Of a DNA stretch of 64,000 bases, positions 11,501-22,293 are shown in pieces. The stretch spans positions 5,376,001-5,440,000 of the forward strand of contig OZ251518.1 of NCBI GenBank assembly GCA_965242965.1, written 5' to 3'. The DNA comes from Candidatus Poribacteria bacterium. Its GTDB lineage: Bacteria; Poribacteria; WGA-4E; WGA-3G. Positions within the stretch are counted from its first letter, which is position 1. Each line of letters begins with the position of its first letter. The position numbers and the translations under genes are program-made. The notes beneath the pieces are model-generated. The model did not search any database. It had not been told where the DNA came from and was given only the letters and a program-made list of their open reading frames with translations.

Positions 11501-14500
11501 CTGGCAAATTTGACGCAAGGGACGCTGTATCAGGTTCGGTTGCGTGCGAAGAATGCCGAGGGTATGAGTGGCTGGTATGATGGCAGTGGGACAACTGCGC
11601 CGAACGTTGCACCGATGTTCAGCAGTGGCACAACGGCGTTCCCTTTGAAAGAGAACCGCCAGGCTGTGGGGACAACGGATGCTACCGATGCGGATACGGT
11701 GACTAACGATGTGGTCCGTTATGCGATTAGTGGTGGCGCGGATGGCGCGAAGTTTTTGATTCATGCCGCGACAGGGGCGTTGACATTCATCTCTGCACCG
11801 GATTATGAAACGCCGCAAGACGTGCAAAGCACTGCGCCGGCGAATGCTGCTGGAAATAATGAGTATGTCGTGGTAGTTGAAGCGCAGAGTGGTGCTGGCG
11901 AGCGTCAACTCGCCGTGCAGAAAACGCTCGTGGTGACTGTGGAGAATGTGGATGGCCCTGGAAAGCCGGCTGCCCCGCAAGTGACAGCGATGACACCGAC
12001 TTCGGTGAGCATTAGTTGGAGTGCGCCGGACACGGGGTTGGAGATATCGGATTACGATGTGCAGTATCGGCAAGGGAGGAGTGGTGCATGGAGTGCCTGG
12101 CCTCATACTGGCATCGGCACGACAGCGACGCTCACCGGGTTGACACAGCATGCGGTTTATGAGATTCAGGTGCGCGCGACGAATTCGGAGGGCTCGGGGC
12201 CCTGGTCGGATGCAGTCACGGCGGTACCGCAGGATAACAGGCCGCCGGTGTTCAGCGGTGATACTGTGGTGTTCACGGTGGCAGAAAATACCCCGGCGCG
12301 CACGCCTGTTGTCACTGTCGTTGCGGTTGACGGAGACCCGGCCGATGAAATTACGGGGTATACGCTGAGCGGGACAGATAGCGGTGCCTTCACGTTGGAT
12401 GCGCGCAGCGGTGTCTTGCGGTTTCGTGTATCGCCAGATTTTGAGAATCCGTTAGATGTTGCGCATACGTCACCTGCGCCGGCAGATGCGGCGGGCAACA
12501 ACACCTATATTGTCTTCGTCACGGCGACGAGTGGGACAGGCGGGCGCGCGCTGACAAAGACGCAGCGTCTCACGATTACCGTTACCGCTGTCGACGATAT
12601 GTCCGTCGGGCTGGTGCTTGAGAGTTCGGTTGCGCTGACAGAAGGAAGACGCGTGACAAGTGAACCGAGTTGGACAGTGACGTTCGATTTCTCGATGCCC
12701 CTGGCCGCCGTTGGAGATGGGGCGTTTAGCGTCTCAGATATCAATGTCAGCGTCAGTGGTGGCGCGGGGACAGCGACGTTCGGCGAGTTGACCCGTGCTG
12801 AACCGGCGGATGCGCGTTATACGGTGCCTGTCACCGTGAGCGCGGAAGGCACCTACACGTTCCAAGTGAAAAGCGGCAGTGTTGCCACGGCCACCGGCGA
12901 TACTTATGGCGGTGCCGCCTCGCCGTTGGTGGTGATTTACAATACGCCGCCGGTGATAACCGATGTCACCGTGGTGCCGCCCCCGGCGACAGGGTATATC
13001 GTGGGGAGCGAACTGTCCCTTGAGTTGACATTTGACGATGACAATGTGGATATCCCTGCGAACGTGGATATTACAAATCGGCCGTATATCGTCCTCTATT
13101 TAGGTGAGCGCACGGCGGCGAATCAGCGGCGCGCCTATTGGCAGTCGGCGCGGGATGCGAATTCCACCATTGTCACGTTTGCCTATGAAGTGCAATCAGG
13201 TGATGTTGCGAACGTGGTCCATTGGGAGCCGCGTCTCGTCGTGCCGGAGACTGCACCCATCACGAATGGCGTGAGCGCGATAGTGACAGGCGAGCCAGAT
13301 GACACCCGCGGGGTGCCCGTATCGGATACTGCAGGTATCGTCGTGTTTCCGGGGGAGACGACGCAACCTGCGCCGGGTCAGCCGCAGGAGCCGGTTGCGC
13401 CGTTAACGCAGGAAGTGCCCGTGCTGGGCGCGCCTGTAGTATTTCTGCCGCCAGAGACAGTGCAGCCTGTGAAACCAACGCAGATTTCGCGCACACCGTT
13501 GATTTTCAACGAACTCGGCAACGGTGCCGCGGGTGCCAACGAGTGGCTGGAACTCCGGAACGTCACGGCGGAGGCGGTGCCGCTGAAAAACTGGGGTATC
13601 AGCATCGTCACCGATGCGAAGAAAGTAGACAAACCTTTGGTGAGATTTCCATCGGATGCGGCGTTTAGTGTGCCGCCGAATGGCATTTTGCTCATCACGC
13701 GGCGGTCCCCGGAGAAAACACGGCTTGCAGGCGGGATTGACATCGCGAACCCCGGCAAGACAGGTGCAGTGCATCACTATTTCGTCGCGCCTGAGTTGAC
13801 GCTGCCCGATGATGGACAGTTCCTCTTGATTCTTCGCAATGCGAAGGGGAAACTCGGCAAAGGCGAGAATGTGATTGATGTCGCTGGCGGCGGCGGTCCC
13901 GATACGGATGCCTTTATCGCCGACAAAGGCGACGCGTTCCAGACAGACATCTGGCCCTTGCAAGCGACAGCGCATCCCCGTGAGGACACCGAGGGAACTC
14001 TTGGAGAAGGCAAAGTATGGCGACGCGCGAAGGCGGATAGCGTCGGATACCACAAAGATGCTTGGACACAAGCCGCCTACACCGGAGTCGGCTATGACAG
14101 GGTGACAGAGACCTCACCGGCGACAGCCGGCACACCCGGCTATCCCAACGATGCCGTGAAACCGGTGGCAGCCACACCGAAGGGCAGTGTCACCTTCAGT
14201 GAACTCATGGTGGATTCAGCCGGCGGCAAACTGCCGCAGTGGATTGAGTTGTATAATGCCTCCAAAACGGAAGCACTGAACCTCAACCGCTGGAAACTGG
14301 AAATCCAGAATGTGGATTCTGAGGACTTAGTCGGCAGACCTGTTGTCACCTTAACGCTGAAGGAAAAAATAATTCAACCGAATCAGACGCTCTTAATTGT
14401 CGCGGGGGATGCGCGTGCATCGTCAGCAGATGTCTTTCCTGCCGCGCGCGTCTACAACCTGCTCACCCTGCACGAGAAGAATCTGCGCATCAAAACGGCG

Positions 14501-15172
14501 CGGGATACCTTCTTAAGTGCCGAGGGGTTCACGTTGAAACTGCGGGATAGCGACGGGCAGTTAGTGGACGAAGTCGGGAACACCGATGGAAATCGCAGGA
14601 CGCGCGATGCGCCGGCATGGCAATTCCCGTTCGCCCCGGTTGAATCGGGACGGAGTTCCCTGATTCGGCGTTATGACAAAGGGACTGCCGAAGATGGCAA
14701 GGCGCGAGAAGGTTGGGTGCTGGCGGCGAACATCACTCGTTTCAGTGCTGATGTCGCTTATGGTCACAAGGACGACAAAGGCACGCCGGGATACCGTGAA
14801 GGCGGCGCATTGCCAGTGGAGTTATCCCGTTTCTCGATGACGCGCAATGAAGCCGGTGCGGTTGTGTTGACATGGACGACCGAATCGGAAGTCGACAACG
14901 CGGGATTCAACCTGCGCCGCAGTTTGGAACGCGATAGCGGTTTCACGCTTTTGAATTCCGCCTTAATCGCCGGTGCCGGCACGACGGGTGAGCGTCAGAC
15001 GTATACGTTCACGGATACGTCTGCGAAACCGGGGGTTGAGTATTACTATCAGATTGAAGAAGTTGCGTCTGATGGTAAGCCGGCGACGTTAGCGATGCGT
15101 CTGTTGCGCGGTTCCGTGTCTGCGTCAAATCGGATGCTGACCACGTTCGGTGAAGTGAAACAGCAAAAATAG
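8502..15172 (+). CDS. Giant surface adhesin-like protein: Ig-like, 6 cadherin-like alternating with 5 FN3, Ig-like, 2 lamin-tail domains, C-terminal LPVELSxF domain and sorting motif; N-terminus frameshifted at a C8 tract (ORF 8618..15172 in frame)
   Basis: Six xxENx..DY/FE cadherin-like repeats, five SW.AP..YDVQYR FN3 repeats, FNEL/FSELM..WIELYN LTD motifs; GAGG-RBS ATG at 8502 joins the long ORF only with one extra C in 8533-8540. Confidence 0.85.
8533..8540 (+). repeat. Poly-C (C8) tract in the signal-peptide coding region; candidate slippage switch
   Basis: C8 gives MNITTKYHRKTPPAINVS*; C9 gives a continuous signal peptide into the 2184-aa ORF. Confidence 0.7.
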
Positions 15173-15183
15173 CCGTTCTTCTC

Positions 15184-15826
15184 ACCGTAGCGCGGGGGCC
15201 TGTTTCCCGCGATCTCTCGGTTGAGACGAAAACCGCCGCTGCCACCGTAGCGCGATGGCCTGTCCTCCGCGCAGGGGCTCCTCCTCTGTAGTTCAGGATC
15301 GCCTGATCCTGAACTGTTTGCGATCAGGCGATCGCAAACTACAGAACGGAATAACGCAAACCGCCTGTTCACCGTAGCGCGGGGGCCTGTCCCTCGCGAT
15401 CGTCCAAGTCTGAAGCAGGATTTTCAAGATTTTTCAAGATTTTCAGGATAAGAGTCTGCTGCATCGTCGTGCACGGCATGGCGGGGGACAGGCCCCCGCC
15501 CTACGATAACAGAACCGCCTTTTCACCGTAGCGCGAGGGCCTGTCCCTCGCGAGGCTCCGGTCGAGACGAAAACCGCCGCCTCCACCGTAGCGCGAGGGC
15601 CTGTCCCTCGCGATCGTTCAAGTGTCTGAAGCAGGATTTTCAAGATTTTTCAAGATTTTCAGGATAAGAGAGCTGCTGCATCGTCGTGCGCGGCCTGGCG
15701 GGGGACAGGCCCCCGCCCTATGGTAAGAGAGGCCGTTCTGGATACCGTAGCGCGGGGGCCTGTCCCCCGAGATCCCCCGGTCAAGACAAAAACCGCCGCT
15801 GCCACCGTATCGCGAGGGCCTGTCCT
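15184..15826. repeat. BIME-like mosaic repeat cluster (right flank of adhesin)
   Basis: Same units and linkers as 7788-8350; blocks ~15392-15578 and ~15606-15798 resemble ~7897-8083; doublet at 15286-15344. Confidence 0.9.
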
Positions 15827-15832
15827 TCCGCA

Positions 15833-16807
15833 TTACATCGGCAGCGCAACCTTCGTTTTTTCCCGCGCCGATTGATAGGTTGCTAATACGACTTCCACCG
15901 CATGCCTTCCGCCTCTGCCATCGATGAGCGGCGGTTTGTCATCGCGGATGCACTCTACAAAATGTGTCAACTCGCCGATGACACCGCGCGGACCGGAACG
16001 GTCTGGCACTATTTCCTCCCAGCCGGAACTCCCCATTTTCTTGAGATAGGCAATATCTTCGCGCATATCTAAACGGAGAGAGCCCTTTGAGCCGTCAATG
16101 ATAGTTTCATTCGTGCCGCGCGCACCGAGGAAGCCACCCCACCGCAGAATTCCAACTGCCCCCGAATCGTAACGTATCAGCGAGACGGTGTAATCCTCCC
16201 AATCGTCATACCCAGAGAAACTGCCTACCTCTGCCGCGACGGTGAGCGCGGTGCCGCCGAACCAGTTAACCAGGTCTGACTTATGGATGCCGTTTTCTAA
16301 CAATCCGCCGACGGTGCCATACCAACTATCGGGACGAGTGCGCGGCGCGTTATAGGGCCCCGTGTAATCCGTCTCAATATAGACGATGTCGCCGATCTCG
16401 CCTGCATCGATGAGTTGTTTGCCGAGGACATGGACAGGATAGAAGCGCAGCACCTGTCCCACCATCAGATGCGTGCCAGCCGTGTCGCATGCGTCAATCA
16501 TCGCGTCCGCTTCGGCGAGCGTCAATGAAAGCGGTTTTTCGCAGAACGCATGCACGCCGGCCTGCGCCGCGGCGATGACTACCTCAGTATGCGCCACGGG
16601 CGGCGTTGCAACGACGACACCGTCAACAATCTTTAGCAATTCTTGATAGTCGCGGAACGCGCGAATCTGATGTTTCTCCGCGATGGCTTGCGCCGCTTCC
16701 AACCGTAAGTCAGCGACACCGACAAATTCACAATTTTCGACGTTCGGGAGAGAGTTGCAATGCGAGCCGCCCATCCCCCCAACACCGATAATACCTATCC
16801 GAATCAT
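15833..16807 (-). CDS. Gfo/Idh/MocA family oxidoreductase
   Basis: IGIIGVGGMG Rossmann motif, HAFCEKPLS, GGLLENGIH. Confidence 0.92.
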   Translation of the reverse strand: MIRIGIIGVGGMGGSHCNSLPNVENCEFVGVADLRLEAAQAIAEKHQIRAFRDYQELLKIVDGVVVATPPVAHTEVVIAAAQAGVHAFCEKPLSLTLAEADAMIDACDTAGTHLMVGQVLRFYPVHVLGKQLIDAGEIGDIVYIETDYTGPYNAPRTRPDSWYGTVGGLLENGIHKSDLVNWFGGTALTVAAEVGSFSGYDDWEDYTVSLIRYDSGAVGILRWGGFLGARGTNETIIDGSKGSLRLDMREDIAYLKKMGSSGWEEIVPDRSGPRGVIGELTHFVECIRDDKPPLIDGRGGRHAVEVVLATYQSAREKTKVALPM

Positions 16808-16820
16808 GTTGAATCCTCCT

Positions 16821-17516
16821 TTATTTCGCTTGCGATTTTCGCGTTTTCACCAGCCAGACGACAGCTGAGATTGTAACCACGAGCGCGATGCCCCACATCA
16901 TCAACTTGACATGCGCCGATGCCTTTTCGCCGAGATAAGAGTAGACGAGGGTTGCCGGCAGTTGGCCGATGCCGGTGGCTATCCAAAATCCGATGAACCT
17001 GATGCGCGTCAATCCCGCTGCGTAACTAACGGCATCGAACGAGATGACCGGGACTAAACGCGCAATGAGAATGGCATGGGTGCCGTATTTTTCAAAAAAC
17101 CGGTCCGCCTTCTCCGCTGCGCGTCTTCCGACTATCCGTGCAACGCGCTCGGGTCCGACAATGCGGGAAATGTAGAAGGCGATGGTGGCACCGAGCATGG
17201 CACTGCTCCACGACAAGAGTGTGCCGCGCCAAAAGCCGAATATCGCGCCGTTCGCGAACGTAATGACGAACGCCGGTAGCGGTGCGATGACGCTCTGAAA
17301 TACCATCAGCAGTGCCGAGATAGCAGGGCCCCAGGCACCGAAACTTTCAATATACGCGCGCGCTGTCTCAATGCTCTGGAAAGCGGCTCTCATCTGTATC
17401 AGATACGCCCAGAAATTTCTGTAGTTGAAAGCAGCCCAGAGCAGCGCAGCTGCCACCACGAGGACTATCAAAAGGTTACGTAAAAATCTGGGATTTTCGC
17501 GAAGTTTTTTTAACAT
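16821..17516 (-). CDS. TVP38/TMEM64 (DedA/SNARE-associated) membrane protein
   Basis: APLPAFVITFANGAIFG, ARLVPVISFDAVSYAAGLT. Confidence 0.9.
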   Translation of the reverse strand: MLKKLRENPRFLRNLLIVLVVAAALLWAAFNYRNFWAYLIQMRAAFQSIETARAYIESFGAWGPAISALLMVFQSVIAPLPAFVITFANGAIFGFWRGTLLSWSSAMLGATIAFYISRIVGPERVARIVGRRAAEKADRFFEKYGTHAILIARLVPVISFDAVSYAAGLTRIRFIGFWIATGIGQLPATLVYSYLGEKASAHVKLMMWGIALVVTISAVVWLVKTRKSQAK

Positions 17517-17562
17517 TCTTCCTCGTGGTGCGCGTTATTGATTTCGTTTGATACAGGCTGCG

Positions 17563-18960
17563 TTAACCCATTCGTGCCATGCGCTCACCAATGACTCGCA
17601 TCGCATCGGGGAGTTGCCCGCGACGTTGCGGCGATGGTTTGGCGCGCGCAGCGTTAATGTATGCATGAGGGACTAGGCGTTCCTCAAATCGGTTATAGAA
17701 TGTTACGGTGGTATCTGCATCCGTTTCATAGATAGGCGGCGGCAGCCCGAGTTTCTCCATCTCTTGCCGCATTTTTCGGGTGCCTTCACTCAGTGCTCGC
17801 ACCAGCGGCTCGCCTCGTTCATCCTTCATCAAACGCATCCATTCAGCAATTATTGAATTGCGCAAGACAGATGGGAGTTCGACATCAGCAAGGCTGAAAT
17901 GCCGGGGTACTTCTTGTGGAATGCTCCCAGGATTTGTCACCACCAAGCCATCTTTATAGGCAATATAGTGGATGGGGTTGGTGGCCCCATAGTCCTTGTG
18001 AATGGCGGCATTAACGAGTGCTTCGTCAAGCACAAATAGCGGATACTCGGGGTCTTCGATAAATCCCGCATTATCACTCCGCCTTATGATAGTCCGAAAC
18101 AGTGCCGAATCCCTGAAAAAGGTTCGTAGTTTCCGAATGAGGGTGGGTAGAGGCCCATCAAAATCCTTATCAAACGTTGTCGCGCCGCGGTTTCGGGCCT
18201 CGCCGACAGGGACTTCAAAGCGCAGCACTCTGACGAACGCACTCGCTAGCCGCCGCCGCGGATAGTCCGCGAAAAAGAGGTAACCTGCGTTTGTGAACGC
18301 GTAGCCCCCATCACGACGCGTGATGGCACCGATATTCAGGAGAAGTTCCTCTGTGCTATAATCAAACTGCGCGCCTCTCTCGGCGAGGAAAATGGACTTA
18401 AACTCCTCAAGCACGTCTTTATCCAGTTCTTCCGGATGATAGGGGCCGCAGGGCAACGTTTCAAAGTCAATTACGCCTTTGTCCCGTTGTAGCCTATCGC
18501 GTAAAAATGGCCGCAGCGGGAGGCTCTGTGCTCCTACCCGACACCAAGATCTCGGGAAATCTGCGCGCGTCTCGCAGATAGCATCCGGTGTCCAATACGT
18601 GTAGAAGAGATGTAATCGGTTTCCTTCCGATACCGGCACATCCACAACCTGCATCTCCGTGGCGTGGTTGTCTAAATCGTGCAACGCCTGCAGGATACCG
18701 TTCATCGTCTGTTCATCAACGTGCTGCGTGCCGGTGAGCGTTCCATCGTCAGCGATGCCGAGCACCAGAAGCCCGCCGGCGCGGTTGCTATTCGCGAACG
18801 AAGAGATGCATCGCCGAATACGCTCTTTTAACGCGTTAATCTGGTTCCGCGTCTCAATTCGGATTTCTTTTCGCTCGAAATACTGCCCCTCAAAATCAGC
18901 GGATTGTAGGAAATCCAGATGAGACAACGGGGCATCAAATATCTCTCTCGGGTCTGCCAT
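17563..18960 (-). CDS. Schlafen AlbA_2 domain plus HATPase_c_4 (RecG-C-like) protein
   Basis: EGQYFERKE, ISSFANS..GGLLVLGIADDG, EALVNAAIHKDY, NPGS, LRNSIIA. Confidence 0.8.
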   Translation of the reverse strand: MADPREIFDAPLSHLDFLQSADFEGQYFERKEIRIETRNQINALKERIRRCISSFANSNRAGGLLVLGIADDGTLTGTQHVDEQTMNGILQALHDLDNHATEMQVVDVPVSEGNRLHLFYTYWTPDAICETRADFPRSWCRVGAQSLPLRPFLRDRLQRDKGVIDFETLPCGPYHPEELDKDVLEEFKSIFLAERGAQFDYSTEELLLNIGAITRRDGGYAFTNAGYLFFADYPRRRLASAFVRVLRFEVPVGEARNRGATTFDKDFDGPLPTLIRKLRTFFRDSALFRTIIRRSDNAGFIEDPEYPLFVLDEALVNAAIHKDYGATNPIHYIAYKDGLVVTNPGSIPQEVPRHFSLADVELPSVLRNSIIAEWMRLMKDERGEPLVRALSEGTRKMRQEMEKLGLPPPIYETDADTTVTFYNRFEERLVPHAYINAARAKPSPQRRGQLPDAMRVIGERMARMG

Positions 18961-19020
18961 TTAAGAATCCCTCATGTTATCGCAAACGGGTGGACATCGC
19001 CAAAAATCGTATCTAACAAC

Positions 19021-19625
19021 GAGACTGTTTCATAAATCCGTTTCGGCATTTATCCCCCCCGAATATCGAGTCCTCTTGGTAGGAGAGACCTCCCGGTCTC
19101 GATGCAATAGGGCGGGCCGCCTACCAGGGCTGCGGCGGCAGAAAGCCCCCTTCATCGTAGGGCTTGGGCCCTCGGATGCCACACGCGCATGCGAGCGGGT
19201 TTCCTTCGCCATCGTCTGCGCACTCCAACGCTCGCGGGGGACAGGCCCCCGCGCTACGGTGAAAAACGTCTCTCCTTTCTCTTCAGGTCCTTTAGGTCCT
19301 GCATGTCTATAGCACGCGCGCCCGCGAAGAGCCCTAAGGTCCTTTAGGTCCTTAATGGATTTTGCTGCGCTGCGTGTTTTCCTACTAAGGTCCTAACGGA
19401 CCTTGAAAACGGGCTGACACGTGTTCTATAGACATTAAGGACCTAACGGACCTAAAACGCCCCTCTTGGTGATGGCGATCGCGGGGGACGGGCCCCCGCG
19501 CTACGGAAAAATCGAGACCGGGAGGTCTCTCATACCTCTTTTGAGACTGGGAGGTCTCTCCTACGAGGGATAATCGAGACCAGGAGGTCTCTCCTACCGA
19601 ACGCATCGATTTATGAAACACCCTC
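19021..19625. mobile_element. TIR-bounded non-autonomous composite element carrying REP-like repeats
   Basis: Left end gagactgtttcataaatc, right end gatttatgaaacaccctc; interior has GTAG hairpins and a ~172-bp nested palindrome (19283-19455); no clear TSD. Confidence 0.55.
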
Positions 19626-19678
19626 ATCTTAAACGTTCCACACCCGTGCTGTAGAAAATTCAAATTTTTCAAGCGGCG

Positions 19679-20623
19679 TTAAACCGTTTCGGTTTTTGCC
19701 TGCTGGAGCAGCGCGTGGTTCATCCTGTCGTGCAGTTCCCGCAGGTTTTCATCGTTCCACTTGTAAAAGCCTTCCTGGGATTTCACACCCAGTTTGCCTG
19801 CCTCCACCATTTCTCGGAGCAGAGGATTGATTTCTGGGGAGTTGTTCAATTCCCGATAGAGTTCTTCAAAAGCGGCAAGCACTAAGTCCCAGCCCGCGAG
19901 CTCAAAGACTTCAAACGGACCGGCGATGCTCAACCGCCGTCCGAAACTATTCCGCACGACAATATCTACGGTTTCCGCGCTCGCGATGCCTTGCTCCACG
20001 ATGAAAATCGCCTCCCGAATTAAGGCGGCTTGCAAGCGAGGCCCGACGAAACCGAGTGACTCTCTCTCCAAAATCGCTGGCGTTTTACCGACGCGCGTCA
20101 AGAGTGCCGCTGTCACTGAAACCGTCTCATCGGACGTTTCGGGACTCCGAATCAATTCCACTAACGGAATCAGATACGGTGGGTTAAAATAGTGCGTGTT
20201 AAGAATCTTATCCTGTCGTTTCGCCTGCGCGCCGATTTGACTCGGCATGAGTGCTGTCGTGTTGCTCGCCAAAATTGTGTGCGGCTGGCACATTGCGTCC
20301 AATGCCGCGAAAATCTGCTGTTTCAGTGGCAAATTCTCGGTAACCGCCTCCACGACAAAATCGGCGTTTTCAGTTACCGCCGCTAAGTCGGTGGTAGTCT
20401 GAATACGTTGTTGCGTTGGCGCAATCTTCTCTGCTGTGATAACCCCGTTTTCGGCGAGCAGATGCAAATTTTTTTCAATTTGCGCCTGCGCTGTCGCAAG
20501 TTTTTCATCGGTTACGTCGTGCAGATGCACGGTATAACCAGCGGTTGCGAATTCCTGCGCGATGCCGTGCCCCATGAGCCCGGCACCGATCACCGCTATG
20601 TGTGAAATTTCGTCAAGAGTCAT
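19679..20623 (-). CDS. 3-hydroxyacyl-CoA dehydrogenase family protein
   Basis: AVIGAGLMGHGIA, VVEAVTENL..K, ILASNT, HYFNPP, GKLGVKS..GFY. Confidence 0.92.
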   Translation of the reverse strand: MTLDEISHIAVIGAGLMGHGIAQEFATAGYTVHLHDVTDEKLATAQAQIEKNLHLLAENGVITAEKIAPTQQRIQTTTDLAAVTENADFVVEAVTENLPLKQQIFAALDAMCQPHTILASNTTALMPSQIGAQAKRQDKILNTHYFNPPYLIPLVELIRSPETSDETVSVTAALLTRVGKTPAILERESLGFVGPRLQAALIREAIFIVEQGIASAETVDIVVRNSFGRRLSIAGPFEVFELAGWDLVLAAFEELYRELNNSPEINPLLREMVEAGKLGVKSQEGFYKWNDENLRELHDRMNHALLQQAKTETV

Positions 20624-20632
20624 TTTTGGTTC

Positions 20633-21325
20633 CTATTTGCTTCCATCCGGAGCAATCACGATAGTAAATTCGCCGCGAGGCGCGGTGTTCTGAAATTTTT
20701 CTAACAGTTCACTGACGCATCCGCGGCTAATCTCCTCAAACCGTTTTGTTAGTTCGCGTGCGATGACGATGTCCCGTTCGCCCATCACTTCCAGCACGTC
20801 CTCCAGAAACCGGACGAGGCGATGCGGGGATTCAAACAAGACTAACGTTCTTTTTTCGGTTTTGAGTTCAGTTAATTGTCGTTTCCGTTTTCCCGTTTTT
20901 GGGGAGAGGAAGCCTTCAAAGGTAAAGTTATGTAGCGGCAAGCCGGAAACCGCCGCCGCCGTAATCACCGCCGATGCCCCCGGAATCGGCACGATGGGGA
21001 TACCTTCGGCGATGCACCCTTGTAAGAGTGGGTAGCCCGGGTCGGAGATAGTCGGCGTTCCGGCATCCGAGACGAGCGCGAGTGTCTCGCCATCTTTCAA
21101 GCGTGCCAGCAGTTTATCGCGCTTCGCCTGCTGATTCCCCTCAAAATAACTGGTTATCGGTGTCTGAATCTCGTAATGCGTGAGCAAACGGCGTGTCTTG
21201 CGTGTATCCTCCGCGGCGATAAGGTTCACTTCCTTGAGGATACGCAGGGCGCGCAGCGTAATGTCCTCTAAATTCCCAATCGGGGTGCTGACGAGATAAA
21301 GCGTGCCGGTTGAATTAGAATGCAT
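20633..21325 (-). CDS. rsmI: 16S rRNA (cytidine1402-2'-O)-methyltransferase
   Basis: LYLVSTPIGNLEDITLRAL, AEDTR, SDAGTPTISDPG, FESPHR, ARELTKRFEE, PRGEF. Confidence 0.96.
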   Translation of the reverse strand: MHSNSTGTLYLVSTPIGNLEDITLRALRILKEVNLIAAEDTRKTRRLLTHYEIQTPITSYFEGNQQAKRDKLLARLKDGETLALVSDAGTPTISDPGYPLLQGCIAEGIPIVPIPGASAVITAAAVSGLPLHNFTFEGFLSPKTGKRKRQLTELKTEKRTLVLFESPHRLVRFLEDVLEVMGERDIVIARELTKRFEEISRGCVSELLEKFQNTAPRGEFTIVIAPDGSK

Positions 21326-21441
21326 TTTGTGCTAAAATCGTTTATCCATTGAAGCGAAAGGTGAGTCAACGAACATACCAAAGTTTGACAATGTCAAAAT
21401 GTCAAGACGGCCTGATAAACACTGCTAGGAACGACAAAAAT

Positions 21442-22293
21442 ATGAGAACTGCGGCTCTTTTCACGTGGACGGTGTGCCTCTGGTGGCTGATAGTTCCCGC
21501 GCGCGGTGCAGAGAAATTGCCGTTTGAATTGGCGCGGCCCCTCTACGTCGGCGCGCGGGCATTAGGCAGGGGCAACGCCTTCACCGCCGTTGCAGATGAT
21601 GCCACCGCCGGGTTTTGGAACCCCGCTGGGCTCATCCAGTGGCAAGGCGTGAAACTATTCGGTGTCAATAAATTCCACGACAGACGCGATTACCGCTTCG
21701 ATCCGAAGGGCATCGGCTATAGTTACCGAGACTACGGACTCTTCTGGGGCAACAAAATCGCCCTCGGCGTTGACAGTGGTGTCCCCGATTTTAACTACTA
21801 CGGTGTTGCATGCCAACTCGGTGCTTACACCGCCCTCGGCGCGAGCCTCAAATTCAAACGACGACACCCGTCAGATGTCTATCAATTTTTCGGTTACCAG
21901 ACAGCGTATGACATCGGTATGCTGTTCAAACCGCGCGCAGACATCAAATTCGGCTGTCTCTTGCAGAACCTTGAGGGATACGGTGTTCAATGGATAACAC
22001 TCGGCTCGGCGTATCGCTACACTGCGAATCCAAGGTCGAAAAACGGGGTTTTTCACCTCGCACATTTTGAATTTTCAATTGATGTGGCACTCTCCACCGA
22101 GGGTGAAACGCAGGAACTTTATCTCGGAATGGCATGGCATCCGTTCCCCTATTTGCCTATTCGTCTCGGCAGTTCAAACGGCGATGTCACTGCCGGGATA
22201 GGTGTCGCGTGGAAAGGCATCCGCATTGACTATGCCCGCATTTTCGAGAAGCGTTTCGCATCGGATTTCGTCACTGCGGAATTGCGTTTTTAG
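21442..22293 (+). CDS. PorV/PorQ-like outer-membrane beta-barrel protein
   Basis: Signal peptide; VGARALGRGNAFTAVADDATAGFWNPAGL motif; C-terminal Phe. Confidence 0.65.
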   Translation: MRTAALFTWTVCLWWLIVPARGAEKLPFELARPLYVGARALGRGNAFTAVADDATAGFWNPAGLIQWQGVKLFGVNKFHDRRDYRFDPKGIGYSYRDYGLFWGNKIALGVDSGVPDFNYYGVACQLGAYTALGASLKFKRRHPSDVYQFFGYQTAYDIGMLFKPRADIKFGCLLQNLEGYGVQWITLGSAYRYTANPRSKNGVFHLAHFEFSIDVALSTEGETQELYLGMAWHPFPYLPIRLGSSNGDVTAGIGVAWKGIRIDYARIFEKRFASDFVTAELRF

